DNA of 64,000 nucleotides from Myxococcota bacterium. Its GTDB lineage: Bacteria; Myxococcota_A; UBA9160; SZUA-336. The stretch is taken from NCBI GenBank assembly GCA_965247115.1, contig CBDFGR010000001.1, forward strand, positions 96,001 through 160,000. The letters run 5' to 3'. Made by a program: the position numbers and the translations under genes. Positions 1 through 10,236 of this stretch are shown piece by piece (the first letter of the stretch is position 1; each line of letters opens with the position of its first letter). The notes under the pieces were generated by a model. The model had not been told where the DNA came from and did not search any database. It was given only the letters and a program-made list of their open reading frames with translations.

Positions 1-1404
1 GAGCTGTTCCTGCTCCAGGTGGGTATCACACTGCGCCGCTCTGCCCTCGCGAGCCGTCGGGCGGCGCCGCTCGACGTCCGCTCTCCCGAGGTCCGCCAAG
101 CGCTTCGCGCGCTGCCATTCACGCTCACGAAGGACCAGGTGCGGGCGTGGGACGAGATCGGCGCCGACCTGGCGCGGCCCCGTCCCATGAATCGGCTGCT
201 GGTTGGCGACGTGGGCACCGGGAAGACGGTGCTCGCGGTGCTCGGCGGTGTGGCGGCGCACGTGTCGGGAGCGTTGACAGCCGTGCTCGCGCCCACGGAG
301 ATCCTCGCCGAGCAGCACTTCGAGACCTTTCGCAGTCTGGCGGGACCGCTGGGTCTGCGCGTTGCGCTCCTCACTGGCAGCACACCGCTGCCGGAGCGAC
401 GCTCGCTCTTGCGGCTGCTGCAGCTGGGCGAGATCGCGATCGTAATCGGGACGCACGCACTGCTCTCCGGCTCGGTCGCACTGCCCTGGCTGGGTCTCTG
501 CGTCATCGACGAGCAGCACCGCTTCGGCGTAGCACAGCGCCGCAGCCTGGGGCGCAAGGGCGACAATCCGCACCTGCTTGTCATGTCCGCCACGCCGATT
601 CCGCGCACGCTCGCGCTGACGGCCTTCGGCGATCTCGACCATTCGACGCTGCATGAGCGCCCGCCCGGACGCTCGCCCGTGGAGACTCGGGTCGTCCCTC
701 CCTCCGCGGGACGTCAGGTCTTCGAGGAGCTCCGTCGAACGCTCGCCCGCGGCGAGCAGGCGTACGTGGTGTACCCGCTGGTGGAGGAGTCGGAGAAGCA
801 GGACCTGCAGGATGCGACGCGGGGCTTCGAACGACTGCGCAAGGCGCTCCCGGGAGTGCCGCTCGCGCTCATGCACGGCAGGTTGGACGCGTCCGAGCGG
901 AGCCGAGTCATGGCGCGCTTCAGCACTGGCGAGGTGCGAGTTCTGGTGTCGACGAGCGTGATCGAGGTCGGCCTCGACGTGCACGACGCCACCTTGCTGG
1001 TGGTACAGCACGCGGAGCGCTTCGGCCTGGCCCAGCTCCACCAGCTGCGGGGTCGGGTTGGACGCGGCAAGAAGGCGGGTCTGGCCATGCTGATGGCGGA
1101 GCCAAAGGGCGAGGGGGCGTCGCGCCGGCTGGCGGTGCTCGAGGCGAGCGATAGCGGCTTCGAGATCGCGGAGGAAGACCTGCGCATCCGCGGCGCTGGC
1201 GAGTGGCTGGGTACCCGCCAGGCGGGCCGCCTTCCGGAGCTGCGCCTCGCGGACCTGGTCCGGCACGGCGAGCTGCTGCCCCGCATGCGGACCGCGGCCA
1301 CCCGCCTGCTGCGCAGCGACCCCGGGCTCGAGAAGAACGCCCGGCTCCGCGCCACCGTAGAGCGTCGCTGGGGTGACCGTCTGGACTTCAGCTCTGTGGC
1401 ATAG
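1..1404 (+). CDS. recG: ATP-dependent DNA helicase RecG (5'-truncated by window edge)
   Basis: Motifs MNRLLVGDVGTGKT, DEQHRFGV, MSATPIPRTL, AERFGLAQLHQLRGRVGRG, EDLRIRG. Confidence 0.97.
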   Translation, partial: ELFLLQVGITLRRSALASRRAAPLDVRSPEVRQALRALPFTLTKDQVRAWDEIGADLARPRPMNRLLVGDVGTGKTVLAVLGGVAAHVSGALTAVLAPTEILAEQHFETFRSLAGPLGLRVALLTGSTPLPERRSLLRLLQLGEIAIVIGTHALLSGSVALPWLGLCVIDEQHRFGVAQRRSLGRKGDNPHLLVMSATPIPRTLALTAFGDLDHSTLHERPPGRSPVETRVVPPSAGRQVFEELRRTLARGEQAYVVYPLVEESEKQDLQDATRGFERLRKALPGVPLALMHGRLDASERSRVMARFSTGEVRVLVSTSVIEVGLDVHDATLLVVQHAERFGLAQLHQLRGRVGRGKKAGLAMLMAEPKGEGASRRLAVLEASDSGFEIAEEDLRIRGAGEWLGTRQAGRLPELRLADLVRHGELLPRMRTAATRLLRSDPGLEKNARLRATVERRWGDRLDFSSVA

Positions 1405-1456
1405 CTGCCACCCGGCGGCGCTTGCACCGAGGCCAAGGGATCCCGAGACTGTGCGC

Positions 1457-2629
1457 ATGAGTCGCTTCGAGAAGATCGATCGACTGCCCCCTTATGGGCT
1501 GTCGATCGTCAACGAGCTCAAGCTGGAGGCGCGACGTCGGGGCGAGGACGTGATCGACCTCGGGTTTGGCAACCCGAATCACGCCACCCCACCACACATC
1601 GTCGAGAAGCTGGTCTCGGCCGCTCGGGATCCGCGCAACCACCGCTACTCCTCCTCACGGGGCCTGCCGAACCTGCGCCGCGCCATCAGGGACTGGTACC
1701 GGCGGCGCTTCCAGGTCGACCTCGACGCCGAGACCGAGGTGCTCACGACGATCGGCGCCAAGGAGGGCCTCTCGCACTTCGTCATGGGGACGATCTCTCA
1801 TGGCGACGTCGTGCTCTGCCCCGATCCTTGCTACCCGATTCACGCCTTCTCGGTGGTGATCGCTGGGGGCGACATCCACCGCGTCCCGCTCCAACCCCTG
1901 GACACCTTCGTCGAACGCCTCGAAGACGCGATCTCATTGTGCTGGCCGCGCCCCAAGCTGTTGATCGCGTCCTTCCCGCACAATCCGACCACCGCCTCGG
2001 TCGACCTGGCGTTCATGACCCAGCTGGTTGACCTGTGTCGCGAGCAGGAGCTTTTCCTGGTCCACGACCTCGCCTACGCCGAGATCTGCTTCGACGGCTA
2101 CCGACCACCGAGCGTGCTGCAGGTGCCGGGGGCGCGCGAGATCGCGATCGAGTTCACGTCGCTCTCCAAGTCGCACGCCATGCCAGGCTGGCGGGTCGGC
2201 TTCGCGGCTGGAAACGCAGAGATGGTGCAAATGCTGGCGCGGGTGAAGAGCTATCTCGACTACGGGACCTTCCAGCCGATCCAGATCGCCGCCATCGTCG
2301 CGCTGGACGGTCCACAGGACGTGGTCGAAACCGTGGTCTCAGACTACCAGGCCCGGCGCGACGCCCTGATCGAGGGCCTGGGAGCGGATTGGAAGATCGA
2401 GAAGCCTCCGGCGACCATGTTTGTCTGGGCGCCGCTGCCCAGCGGGTTCGACCAGCTGGATTCGCTTGCGTTCTCGAAGCTGCTGCTGGAGCGAGCGCAG
2501 GTAGCGGTGTCCCCGGGTATCGGCTTTGGTCCATCCGGCGAGGGCTACGTGCGCTTTGCCCTCGTCGAGAACACACACCGGACTCGCCAGGCGGTCCGGA
2601 ACATCCGGAGGCTCCTCAAGAGTGGCTGA
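1457..2629 (+). CDS. alaC: PLP-dependent class I/II aminotransferase, AlaC-like
   Basis: DLGFGNP, HRYSSSRGL, SLSKSHAMPGWRVGF (PLP Lys), SYLDYGTF; lies upstream of hom-thrC. Confidence 0.8.
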   Translation: MSRFEKIDRLPPYGLSIVNELKLEARRRGEDVIDLGFGNPNHATPPHIVEKLVSAARDPRNHRYSSSRGLPNLRRAIRDWYRRRFQVDLDAETEVLTTIGAKEGLSHFVMGTISHGDVVLCPDPCYPIHAFSVVIAGGDIHRVPLQPLDTFVERLEDAISLCWPRPKLLIASFPHNPTTASVDLAFMTQLVDLCREQELFLVHDLAYAEICFDGYRPPSVLQVPGAREIAIEFTSLSKSHAMPGWRVGFAAGNAEMVQMLARVKSYLDYGTFQPIQIAAIVALDGPQDVVETVVSDYQARRDALIEGLGADWKIEKPPATMFVWAPLPSGFDQLDSLAFSKLLLERAQVAVSPGIGFGPSGEGYVRFALVENTHRTRQAVRNIRRLLKSG

Positions 2630-3929
2630 GCGCGCTGTCAGGCTGGGGCTCGTAGGCCTCGGCACGGTTGGAACTGGGGTGGTGCGGATCCTCCAGGAGG
2701 GCGGAGCGCGCATTGCGGAACGCCTGGGCTTTCCGCTCGAGCTGGTGACGATCGCCGTCCAGGATCCACGCAAGGAGCGGAGCGTGCCGCTCGACGGCTA
2801 CACGCTGACGGGTGACTGGCGTCGAGTTGTCGACGATCCGGAGATCGACCTCGTGCTCGAGCTCGTGGGCGGCACCGACGTCGCGCGTAGCGTGGTGCTC
2901 GCGGCGCTGGACGCGGGCAAGAGCGTCGTGACTGCGAACAAGGCGCTGCTGGCCGAGCACGGGGAGGAGGTCTACGCACTCGCCGCCTCCAAGCGCGTCG
3001 AGGTCGCGTTCGAGGGAAGTGTCGCGGGGACGATCCCGGTTCTGCGCGCACTGCGCGAGGGCCTGTGCGCGGACAGGATCGACTCTGTGCTGGGCATCGT
3101 GAACGGCACCTGCAACTTCATCCTCACGGAGATGGAAGAGCGACGGGAGTCGTACCAGGCGTGCCTCCTGCGTGCGCAGGAGCTCGGCTACGCGGAGCCG
3201 GACCCGACCTTCGACGTGGACGGCACTGACTCCGCGCACAAGCTGTCCATCCTGCTCGCCATGGCGTTCGGCGTTCGCGTCCGTCCGGGAGACTTCGCGG
3301 TCGAGGGCATCCAGCGCATCGCGCCGATCGACGTGGAGGTCGCGCAGCGCATCGGTCTGCGCATCAAGCTCCTGGCCGTCGCAAAGCGCGGTGAGCACGG
3401 AATTGAGGCCCAGGTCCATCCGACCATGATCCCGACGAGCAGTGTTCTGGCCCAGGTTGACGGGCCCATGAACGCGGTCGAGGTGCAGGGGCTCCACTCG
3501 GGCCCCACGCTCTACTACGGAGCCGGCGCGGGGCCGCTCCCCACGGGGAGCGCCGTCGTGGGCGACGTGATGGAGCTCGCCCGGAGCCGCCGGCTGGGAG
3601 CGCCGCTGCGCGTGCCGCCGCTCGGGACTCCAGAGCTTGCGGCACTGCCGCTCGCCCGGCCAGAGGATCTGGAAGGGGAGTACTATCTGCGTGTGGGTGC
3701 GCTGGATTCACCCGGCGTCCTGGCGCGGATCGCCGGGGCACTGGGAGAGGCCGGGATCAGCATCGCGTCCGTCCTGCAGGAGGAGCGTCGCGCCGCACGC
3801 GTCGTACCAATCGTGATCACTACCCACATCGCGCGCCAGGCGAGCCTCGACACGGCCCTGCACGGGATCGAGCAGCTCGCGGAGGTCACGCAGCCCGTGC
3901 AGGTGATTCGGATCGAGCGAGGGATCTAG
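2622..3929 (+). CDS. hom: Homoserine dehydrogenase with C-terminal ACT domain
   Basis: [44 protein letters not shown] start overlaps the alaC end. Confidence 0.96.
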   Translation: MAERAVRLGLVGLGTVGTGVVRILQEGGARIAERLGFPLELVTIAVQDPRKERSVPLDGYTLTGDWRRVVDDPEIDLVLELVGGTDVARSVVLAALDAGKSVVTANKALLAEHGEEVYALAASKRVEVAFEGSVAGTIPVLRALREGLCADRIDSVLGIVNGTCNFILTEMEERRESYQACLLRAQELGYAEPDPTFDVDGTDSAHKLSILLAMAFGVRVRPGDFAVEGIQRIAPIDVEVAQRIGLRIKLLAVAKRGEHGIEAQVHPTMIPTSSVLAQVDGPMNAVEVQGLHSGPTLYYGAGAGPLPTGSAVVGDVMELARSRRLGAPLRVPPLGTPELAALPLARPEDLEGEYYLRVGALDSPGVLARIAGALGEAGISIASVLQEERRAARVVPIVITTHIARQASLDTALHGIEQLAEVTQPVQVIRIERGI

Positions 3930-3931
3930 CC

Positions 3932-5287
3932 ATGCAGGAACACCACGTCGAAGGTCGCTTCGAGAGCTGGTTCGAGTGCTTCGCTGGCTGTGACGGCCGC
4001 TGGCCCCTCACAGAGGTGATCTACCGCTGCCCGCGCTGCGACGGACTGCTGATGGTGACGCCCGACATGGAGGCCCTCAAGAAGATCCCCGGTGAGAGGT
4101 GGAGAGCTGTCTTCGAGGGGCGGGACCACACGACCGAGTGGCCGTACGCGAGTGGGGTCTGGGGCAAGCGCGAGCTGGTCTGCCCGATCGTGCAGCCGGA
4201 CAACATCGTCTCCATGTACGAGGGCCAGACGAATCTCTTCTGGGCGCGACGCCTGGGTCAGCAGCTGGGCTTGCCGGACCTGTGGATCAAGCAGTGCGGC
4301 AATACCCATACAGGAAGCTTCAAAGATCTCGGTATGACGGTGCTGGTCTCGGTCGTGAACGAGATGATGAGCCGTGGCCAGCAGGTGCGCGCGGTGGCCT
4401 GCGCGTCCACAGGCGACACCTCGGCCGCACTGGCCGCGTACGCCGCCTACGCCGGTATTCCGGCCATAGTCCTGCTGCCGAAGGACAAGGTATCCATCGC
4501 GCAGCTCGTGCAGCCTGTGGCCAACGGCGCCATCACCCTTTCGCTCGATACCGACTTTGACGGCTGCATGGAGATCGTGCAGCAGATCGCCGTGCAAGAT
4601 GGCATTTACCTCGCGAACTCGATGAACTCCCTGCGCATCGAGGGTCAGAAGACCGTCGGTATGGAGATCGTGCAGCAGTTCGACTGGGAGGTCCCGGACT
4701 GGATCGTGATTCCCGGGGGGAACCTGGGCAACGTCTCGGCGCTGGGCAAAGGACTGCTGGAGTTCCAGGAGCTGGGGATCATCGATCGCCTGCCGCGGAT
4801 CGCTTGCGCCCAGGCGGAGCGCGCGAACCCGCTATACAGCAGCTACGTGCAGGACTTCGAGAAGTTCGAGCCGATGGAGGCGCAGCCCACTCTGGCGACA
4901 GCGATCCAGATCGGTCACCCGGTCTCGTACGAGAGGGCGATCGACGTCCTGCGCCGCTTCGACGGAGTTGTCGAGCAGGCCACCGAGCAGGAGCTGGCGG
5001 ACGCCTCGGCCGAGGCCGACCTCACGGGTCTCTTTAGCTGCCCGCATACGGGCGTCGCGCTCGCTGCGCTCCGAAAGTTGCTCGCCCGAGGCGTCATCAA
5101 GCGCGACGAACGTGTCGTCGTGATCTCGACCGCGCACGGTCTCAAGTTCACGGATTTCAAGGTTCGCTATCACGAGGGGGAGCTGTCGGGGATCGCGTCG
5201 CGACACGGGAATCCACCGATCGTGCTTCCGCCGGACTACCGCGGCGTGCGGGACGAGATCTTCCGACAGATCGAAGCGCGTTTCTGA
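3932..5287 (+). CDS. thrC: Threonine synthase
   Basis: [27 protein letters not shown]. Confidence 0.95.
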   Translation: MQEHHVEGRFESWFECFAGCDGRWPLTEVIYRCPRCDGLLMVTPDMEALKKIPGERWRAVFEGRDHTTEWPYASGVWGKRELVCPIVQPDNIVSMYEGQTNLFWARRLGQQLGLPDLWIKQCGNTHTGSFKDLGMTVLVSVVNEMMSRGQQVRAVACASTGDTSAALAAYAAYAGIPAIVLLPKDKVSIAQLVQPVANGAITLSLDTDFDGCMEIVQQIAVQDGIYLANSMNSLRIEGQKTVGMEIVQQFDWEVPDWIVIPGGNLGNVSALGKGLLEFQELGIIDRLPRIACAQAERANPLYSSYVQDFEKFEPMEAQPTLATAIQIGHPVSYERAIDVLRRFDGVVEQATEQELADASAEADLTGLFSCPHTGVALAALRKLLARGVIKRDERVVVISTAHGLKFTDFKVRYHEGELSGIASRHGNPPIVLPPDYRGVRDEIFRQIEARF

Positions 5288-5318
5288 GCTACGCCAGCAT
5301 TCAGCCAGGAGGGATCTG

Positions 5319-6275
5319 ATGAGCCTCGATCGAAATTTGGCGCTCGAACTGGTTCGCGCGACAGAAGCCGCTGCACTTGCATGCAGCGGCCTGATGGGCA
5401 GGGGCGACGAGATGGCGGCCGATCAGGCTGCGGTCGACGCTATGCGGGGTGCGCTGAATCGGATCGAGATGGACTCGGTCGTCGTGATTGGCGAGGGCGA
5501 GCGCGATCAGGCCCCCATGCTCTACATCGGTGAGAAGGTGGGGACCGGAAGTGGCGAGAAGCTCGAGATCGCGCTCGACCCGCTGGAGGGCACCACCATC
5601 TGTGCCACCGGGGGCCCGAACGCGCTCTCGGTGATCGCTGCCGCCGAGGAGGGCGGTTTTCTCCACGCGCCGGACACCTACATGGACAAGATCGCGGTCG
5701 GGCCCGCCGGCCGAGGCGCGATCAACATCGACAAGAGCCCGACAGAGAATCTACGGGCGGTCGCCGAGGCGAAGCGCGTGCCCGTGGACGAGCTGACGGT
5801 CGTGATCCTCGACCGGCCGCGGCACGAGAATCTGATCGAGGAGGTGCGCAGTGTTGGTGCCCGCATCAAGCTGATCAAGGACGGGGACGTCTCGGCGGCG
5901 ATCGCGACATGCAGCCGCGAGCACAGGGTCGATCTGCTGATGGGGATTGGCGGCGCGCCGGAGGGGGTGATCGCCGCGGCCGCTCTCCGCTGCCGCGGTG
6001 GCGACATGCATGGCCGGCTCATGCCGCGCAACGCCGAGGAGGTGGAGCGCGCGCGGGGGATGGGCGTCACGGATATCCACGCCAAGCTCACACTCGAGGA
6101 TCTGGCCTCCGGGAACGTCATGTTCGCCGGCACCGGAGTCACGTCCGGGGACTTCTTGCACGGCGTGAGTTTTCGACCGGAGGGCGCCGTAACCCACTCC
6201 GTCGTGATGCGGAGCGAGACCATGACCACGCGCTGGATCGAGGCCGAGCACAACTTCCGGTACGATCCGGCCTGA
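5319..6275 (+). CDS. glpX: Class II fructose-1,6-bisphosphatase
   Basis: VIGEGERDQAPMLYIGE, DPLEGT, GIGGAPEGV. Confidence 0.96.
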   Translation: MSLDRNLALELVRATEAAALACSGLMGRGDEMAADQAAVDAMRGALNRIEMDSVVVIGEGERDQAPMLYIGEKVGTGSGEKLEIALDPLEGTTICATGGPNALSVIAAAEEGGFLHAPDTYMDKIAVGPAGRGAINIDKSPTENLRAVAEAKRVPVDELTVVILDRPRHENLIEEVRSVGARIKLIKDGDVSAAIATCSREHRVDLLMGIGGAPEGVIAAAALRCRGGDMHGRLMPRNAEEVERARGMGVTDIHAKLTLEDLASGNVMFAGTGVTSGDFLHGVSFRPEGAVTHSVVMRSETMTTRWIEAEHNFRYDPA

Positions 6276-6285
6276 GGCAGCCGCC

Positions 6286-6900
6286 ATGTTCACGGGCATT
6301 GTCGAGGCCGTCGGAGAGGTCGCTCGGATCGAGCCACAAGGCGACGGGGCGGCGCTCGTGATCGCGGTGCCCTCCGACCTGTGCGCGGGCGTGAAGGTCG
6401 GGGACAGCATCTCGATCAGCGGCTGCTGCCTGACCGTGACGGCTGCGGCGCCCGCCCACCTTTCCTTTCAGGCGATCCCCGAGACCCTGCGCCGCACGGC
6501 GCTCGGAACTCGTGCCGTCGGGGACCGCGTGAACCTCGAGCGCGCCATGCGCGCAGACGCGCGCTTTGACGGGCACATCGTGCAAGGACACGTCGATGCG
6601 ACTGGCGAGATTCGCTCGATTCAGCGGGCTGGCCTGGACGTGATTCTCCGGACCGAATGTGCAGTGGAGCTCGCGCGCCAGCTGGTGCCAAAGGGTTCGA
6701 TCACAATGGACGGCGTATCGTTGACCGTGATCGAGCCCGACGTTTCCGGCTTTGGGGTGGCCTTGATCCCCCACACGCTGGAGGCCACCACACTGGGGGA
6801 ACGTCGCGAAGGGGATGCCGTGAACCTCGAGCTCGACGTCCTTGGCAAGTACGTGCTCCGCTATCTCGACCAGCGACTGGAGCCCTCACAGAGCCGCTGA
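6286..6900 (+). CDS. ribE: Riboflavin synthase
   Basis: MFTGIVE N-terminus, GCCLTV, GHIVQGHVD, VNLELD. Confidence 0.96.
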   Translation: MFTGIVEAVGEVARIEPQGDGAALVIAVPSDLCAGVKVGDSISISGCCLTVTAAAPAHLSFQAIPETLRRTALGTRAVGDRVNLERAMRADARFDGHIVQGHVDATGEIRSIQRAGLDVILRTECAVELARQLVPKGSITMDGVSLTVIEPDVSGFGVALIPHTLEATTLGERREGDAVNLELDVLGKYVLRYLDQRLEPSQSR

Positions 6901-7034
6901 CGCGGGCAGAGTCTACCCTCGAATTTCCTGCCGTCCCCGTTGTAGGATAAGTCTGACCGCGCCGGCGAAAGTCAGCTGACTGTAAAAGTGCGTCCTGGGC
7001 GGAAGCTCGAACCGGCTGTGGTCGGGAGTTCGCG

Positions 7035-7268
7035 ATGAAGGAGTTGGTCGAACAGATCGTGTTTGCGCTGGTAGATAAGCCTGAGGCTGTGCATATCACG
7101 GAGATCCGGGGCACCCACGCCCATGTGATTGAGCTGAGTGTGGCGAAAGAGGATCTGGGGAAGGTCATCGGAAAGGGAGGGGCTCACGCCTCTGCGATTC
7201 GGACGATTCTCTCAGCAGCAAGTGGGAAGGAGAACAAGCGATACATCCTGGAGATTATCGAGGACTGA
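7035..7268 (+). CDS. khpA: KH-domain RNA-binding protein (KhpA/YlqC family)
   Basis: 77 aa; MKELVEQIVFALVDKPE, DLGKVIGKGG. Confidence 0.9.
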   Translation: MKELVEQIVFALVDKPEAVHITEIRGTHAHVIELSVAKEDLGKVIGKGGAHASAIRTILSAASGKENKRYILEIIED

Positions 7269-7387
7269 TCGCCGTCTCCCTGCTCCGTTTTCCTGTGCCG
7301 TGCCCGCATGGCAAGCGTGTCACCCAAAGAACCTCTCACCTTTCCCCCGCGTCTGGCCGATACGTGACGCGGAGAGACCTCCTGGGA

Positions 7388-7888
7388 ATGGGTGACGTCA
7401 GCATGCAGAGTGAGCTTTCAGCAAATGAACATCACCGCACTGGACTCGAGCTCCTAGAGGGCGGCGAGGGGCAGCGGGGCTTCGACCATCTCACTCGCGC
7501 CTATCTAGAGGCGCCGGACTGCGCCAGCTATCGCTCTTCGTACGCACTGGCTCTGGCGCTCGTGCGGGGCCAGTTCCTGGGTGCAGTCGAGCTGGCGCGA
7601 GCTTCGGTCCGACAGGAGTTCTACAACCCGGACCTCTATCTGAACCTCTCACGGATCTACCTCGCCTTCGACTTCCGCGCGGAGGCGGTCCGTTTTCTGC
7701 GCCGCGCTCTCATGGTCGACCCCGAAAACGAAGGGGTGCATAGGCAGCTAGCGCAGCTCGGTGTCCGCAGACGTCCCCTTATCCGTTCCCTTCCGCGCAG
7801 CCACGTCTTGAACCGCTGGCTCGGTCGGGTGCAGTCACGCGTGCTCGGTATGTCGAGCTGGTCGGGAGCTGGCACACAGAACGCTTGA
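7388..7888 (+). CDS. Tetratricopeptide-repeat protein
   Basis: NPDLYLNLSRIYL...RRALMVDPEN TPR pattern; start uncertain (7388 or 7403). Confidence 0.7.
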   Translation: MGDVSMQSELSANEHHRTGLELLEGGEGQRGFDHLTRAYLEAPDCASYRSSYALALALVRGQFLGAVELARASVRQEFYNPDLYLNLSRIYLAFDFRAEAVRFLRRALMVDPENEGVHRQLAQLGVRRRPLIRSLPRSHVLNRWLGRVQSRVLGMSSWSGAGTQNA

Positions 7889-7912
7889 CAAGCTTCCGTC
7901 GACGGATAACCT
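7885..7912 (+). promoter_or_regulatory. Putative sigma70 promoter for the bS22 gene
   Basis: TTGACA (7885-7890), 16-nt spacer, TAACCT. Confidence 0.5.
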
Positions 7913-7939
7913 CCGCCGCAGCTCAAGAGCGGAGTCCGT

Positions 7940-8032
7940 ATGGGAAGCGTGATCAAGAAGCGCCGGAAGAAGATGCGCAAGCACAAGTACAAGAAGCTCC
8001 GGGCGCGGAATCGACACAAGCGCAAGCGCTAG
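7940..8032 (+). CDS. 30-aa AURKAIP1/COX24-domain protein (ribosomal protein bS22-like)
   Basis: Translated by hand: MGSVIKKRRKKMRKHKYKKLRARNRHKRKR*; GGAG SD upstream; too short for the ORF track. Confidence 0.9.
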   Translation: MGSVIKKRRKKMRKHKYKKLRARNRHKRKR

Positions 8033-8100
8033 TCGACTTCTCACGCATCGCGCGGACGCACCGATGACCCCTCATCGGTGCGTTTTTTTTGCGATTTTCG

Positions 8101-8130
8101 TTGACAGCGGGAAGATTCAGTGCCTACTGT
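8101..8130 (+). promoter_or_regulatory. Putative sigma70 promoter for the histone-like gene
   Basis: TTGACA, 18-nt spacer, TACTGT, preceded by a T-tract. Confidence 0.4.
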
Positions 8131-8328
8131 GTCCCGCATCCGAGGCCTGGAACCTCGCGTTTCGAATCGGGAAACGTCACTTCATGCTGCTTGGCCGAAG
8201 GGACTTGCCCGAAGAGACCGCAAGCAAAGGCAGCTCGGGCGTGCTCGAAGCCAAGGTCGAAACGCGGAGACGCGCTAGTACTGACGGGTCGGACACGAAA
8301 ACTAACAGCAACTGGGGGGTGAAAGAGC

Positions 8329-8631
8329 ATGGCAGCTCGACGCAAGAAGGCCACTCGCAAGAAGGCGAGAAAGAAGGCCACTCGCAAGAAGGCCACGCGG
8401 AAGAAGGCGCGGCGCAAGAAGGGTACTCGCAAGAAGGCCACGCGGAAGAAGGCGCGGCGGAAGAAGGCCACTCGCAAGAAGGCCCGGCGGAAGAAGGCCA
8501 CTCGTAAGAAGGGGCGGCGCAAGAAGGCCACACGAAAGAAGGGCACTCGCAAGAAGGCCCGGCGGAAGAAGGCCACCCGCAAGAAGACGCGGCGCAAGAA
8601 GGCCACACGAAAGAAGGCTCGAAGGGGCTAG
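8329..8631 (+). CDS. Histone H1/protamine-like basic repeat protein
   Basis: 100 aa of RKKAT/RKKAR pentapeptides with synonymous variation between repeats; followed by a hairpin. Confidence 0.85.
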   Translation: MAARRKKATRKKARKKATRKKATRKKARRKKGTRKKATRKKARRKKATRKKARRKKATRKKGRRKKATRKKGTRKKARRKKATRKKTRRKKATRKKARRG

Positions 8632-8651
8632 CCGCCTTCGACGCCACGGAA

Positions 8652-8686
8652 GGAGCCCCCGTCGCCGAGTGGTGACGGGGGCTTCT
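8652..8686 (+). terminator. Hairpin, putative terminator after the histone-like gene
   Basis: GGAGCCCCCGTCGCC-gagt-GGTGACGGGGGCTTC. Confidence 0.6.
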
Positions 8687-8751
8687 CGCGTCTGGCGTGT
8701 TGACTGACCTCCCTGACCCGTTACTGTTCCGGCGGGTCGAGGAGGACCGAA

Positions 8752-8982
8752 ATGGCGCGTGTCACCATCGAAGACTGCCTGGAGCAGGCTCCCAATCGCT
8801 TCGCACTCGTGATCATGGCTGCGGTCCGGACCAAGCAGCTCATGCGGGGAGCACGGGTGTTGGTCCAGGGGAGCGAGAACCGCTCGGTCGTGACGTCGCT
8901 GCGCGAGGTCGCCGCCGGCTACGTCCAACCTGACGCCGAGCTGGACGCCGAGGCCGAGGAGCCGGCCACTCCGGAAGAGTAG
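8752..8982 (+). CDS. rpoZ: RNA polymerase omega subunit
   Basis: MARVTIEDCLE...NRFALV...SLREVAAG. Confidence 0.96.
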   Translation: MARVTIEDCLEQAPNRFALVIMAAVRTKQLMRGARVLVQGSENRSVVTSLREVAAGYVQPDAELDAEAEEPATPEE

Positions 8983-8998
8983 TCCCGAAGTCCCGAAG

Positions 8999-10225
8999 CT
9001 ACAGGACGGTTACGGGCAGCGTGAAGCTGAAGCGAGAGCCCGTTCCGATCTCGCTTGAGAAGCTGATCGCCCCGCCCAGGCTCTCGACCAGTGCCTTGGC
9101 AAGCGTCAGACCGAGGCCCGCACCGCGGTGCTTGCTGTCGGGCGAATTGTCCACCAGGAAGAACTCGTCGAAGATCTCGGATTGATCGTCCGGGGCCACC
9201 CCGATCCCAGTGTCCGTCACGGCGCAGAGCAGCTGACCCTCCTCGAGCCGGAGCTCGAGCTCGATCGAGCCGCGATGCGTGAACTTCGCGGCGTTGTCCA
9301 GCAGGTGCCACAGGATCTGGTTCAGCTTGGCCAGGTCGGTGCGGACCTTCGGCAGGCTGGGGCCGACGCTCCTCTGAAGGGAAACTTCGGGATGGAGCGA
9401 GTCCCGAACATTGAACACGGCCTCTTCGACGATCTCTGCGAGGTTCACTTGCTGGAGCTCCACGCGAAGCTCGTTCTGCTTCACGCGCCACAGGTCCAGG
9501 ATGTTCTGCAACGTGCGGAGGAGCGCGTTTCCGTCATCGAGGGCCCCGCGCAACGCCTCGCGTCCCGCCTCCGAGAGGTGCTCGTGCTCGGTTGCCAGGA
9601 CGGAGATCACGCGTTCGATGATGCTGTTGAGCGGCGTACGCAGCTCGTAGCTCATCTTCTCGATCAGATCACTCTTCAGCTGCTCGACCTGTCCCAGCCG
9701 TTCCTCTTGCTTGATCAGTTCGAGGTCTTGCGCGAACAGCTGCTCCGACAGCCTCAGCACCTCATCCGACGGATCGCTGCTTTCGGGGGACTCCGTGATC
9801 GCGCAGTGGTCGAGGATGAGTGAGACCTGCCTCAGGATCGACTCGACCTCGGCGTTCCGCATGCGCGGCCACTCGGCGGGATAGCCAAGGATTGCAACAC
9901 CCCGTGTTCGCCCGCAGTGGCTGAGTGGAAAGCCGAAGACGCCTCCCGCCGCCCGAGACCAGATGCGTCGCGGCTCATCCGGAGCTTCGGTTCGCAAGGG
10001 TCGGTCCGCGTACGTTGCTTCCTGGATGAACTCCGCCAGCAGAGAGCCCGCCGCCATCGCGTCGCTCGCACAGGTGAAGCCGGCCCAGCCGTCGGGCTCG
10101 GAGAGGTTCGCGCCCGAACGGTAGATCAGGGCGAAGCCCTGGAGCGTGCCTGCCAGGTGTCTCGCGCCCGCGGCGAGCGCAGAGTTGAGCGTCTCGGGAG
10201 TGGAGTAGAGCCCGAGGATCTCCAT
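8999..10225 (-). CDS. Histidine-kinase-like protein (GAF-like, HisKA, HATPase) with Tyr in place of the phospho-His
   Basis: SYELRTPLNSI, LLDNAAKFT, DTGIG, GAGLGL. Confidence 0.9.
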   Translation of the reverse strand: MEILGLYSTPETLNSALAAGARHLAGTLQGFALIYRSGANLSEPDGWAGFTCASDAMAAGSLLAEFIQEATYADRPLRTEAPDEPRRIWSRAAGGVFGFPLSHCGRTRGVAILGYPAEWPRMRNAEVESILRQVSLILDHCAITESPESSDPSDEVLRLSEQLFAQDLELIKQEERLGQVEQLKSDLIEKMSYELRTPLNSIIERVISVLATEHEHLSEAGREALRGALDDGNALLRTLQNILDLWRVKQNELRVELQQVNLAEIVEEAVFNVRDSLHPEVSLQRSVGPSLPKVRTDLAKLNQILWHLLDNAAKFTHRGSIELELRLEEGQLLCAVTDTGIGVAPDDQSEIFDEFFLVDNSPDSKHRGAGLGLTLAKALVESLGGAISFSSEIGTGSRFSFTLPVTVL

Positions 10226-10236
10226 CGTATCGGCTC

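Noticed and set aside
5319..6275. glpX inside the threonine operon as novel
   Set aside because: hom-glpX linkage is known in other bacteria, and the protein is canonical.
8329..8631. 15-bp periodic repeats as a CRISPR array
   Set aside because: No unique spacers; variation is largely synonymous in one frame, so it is coding.
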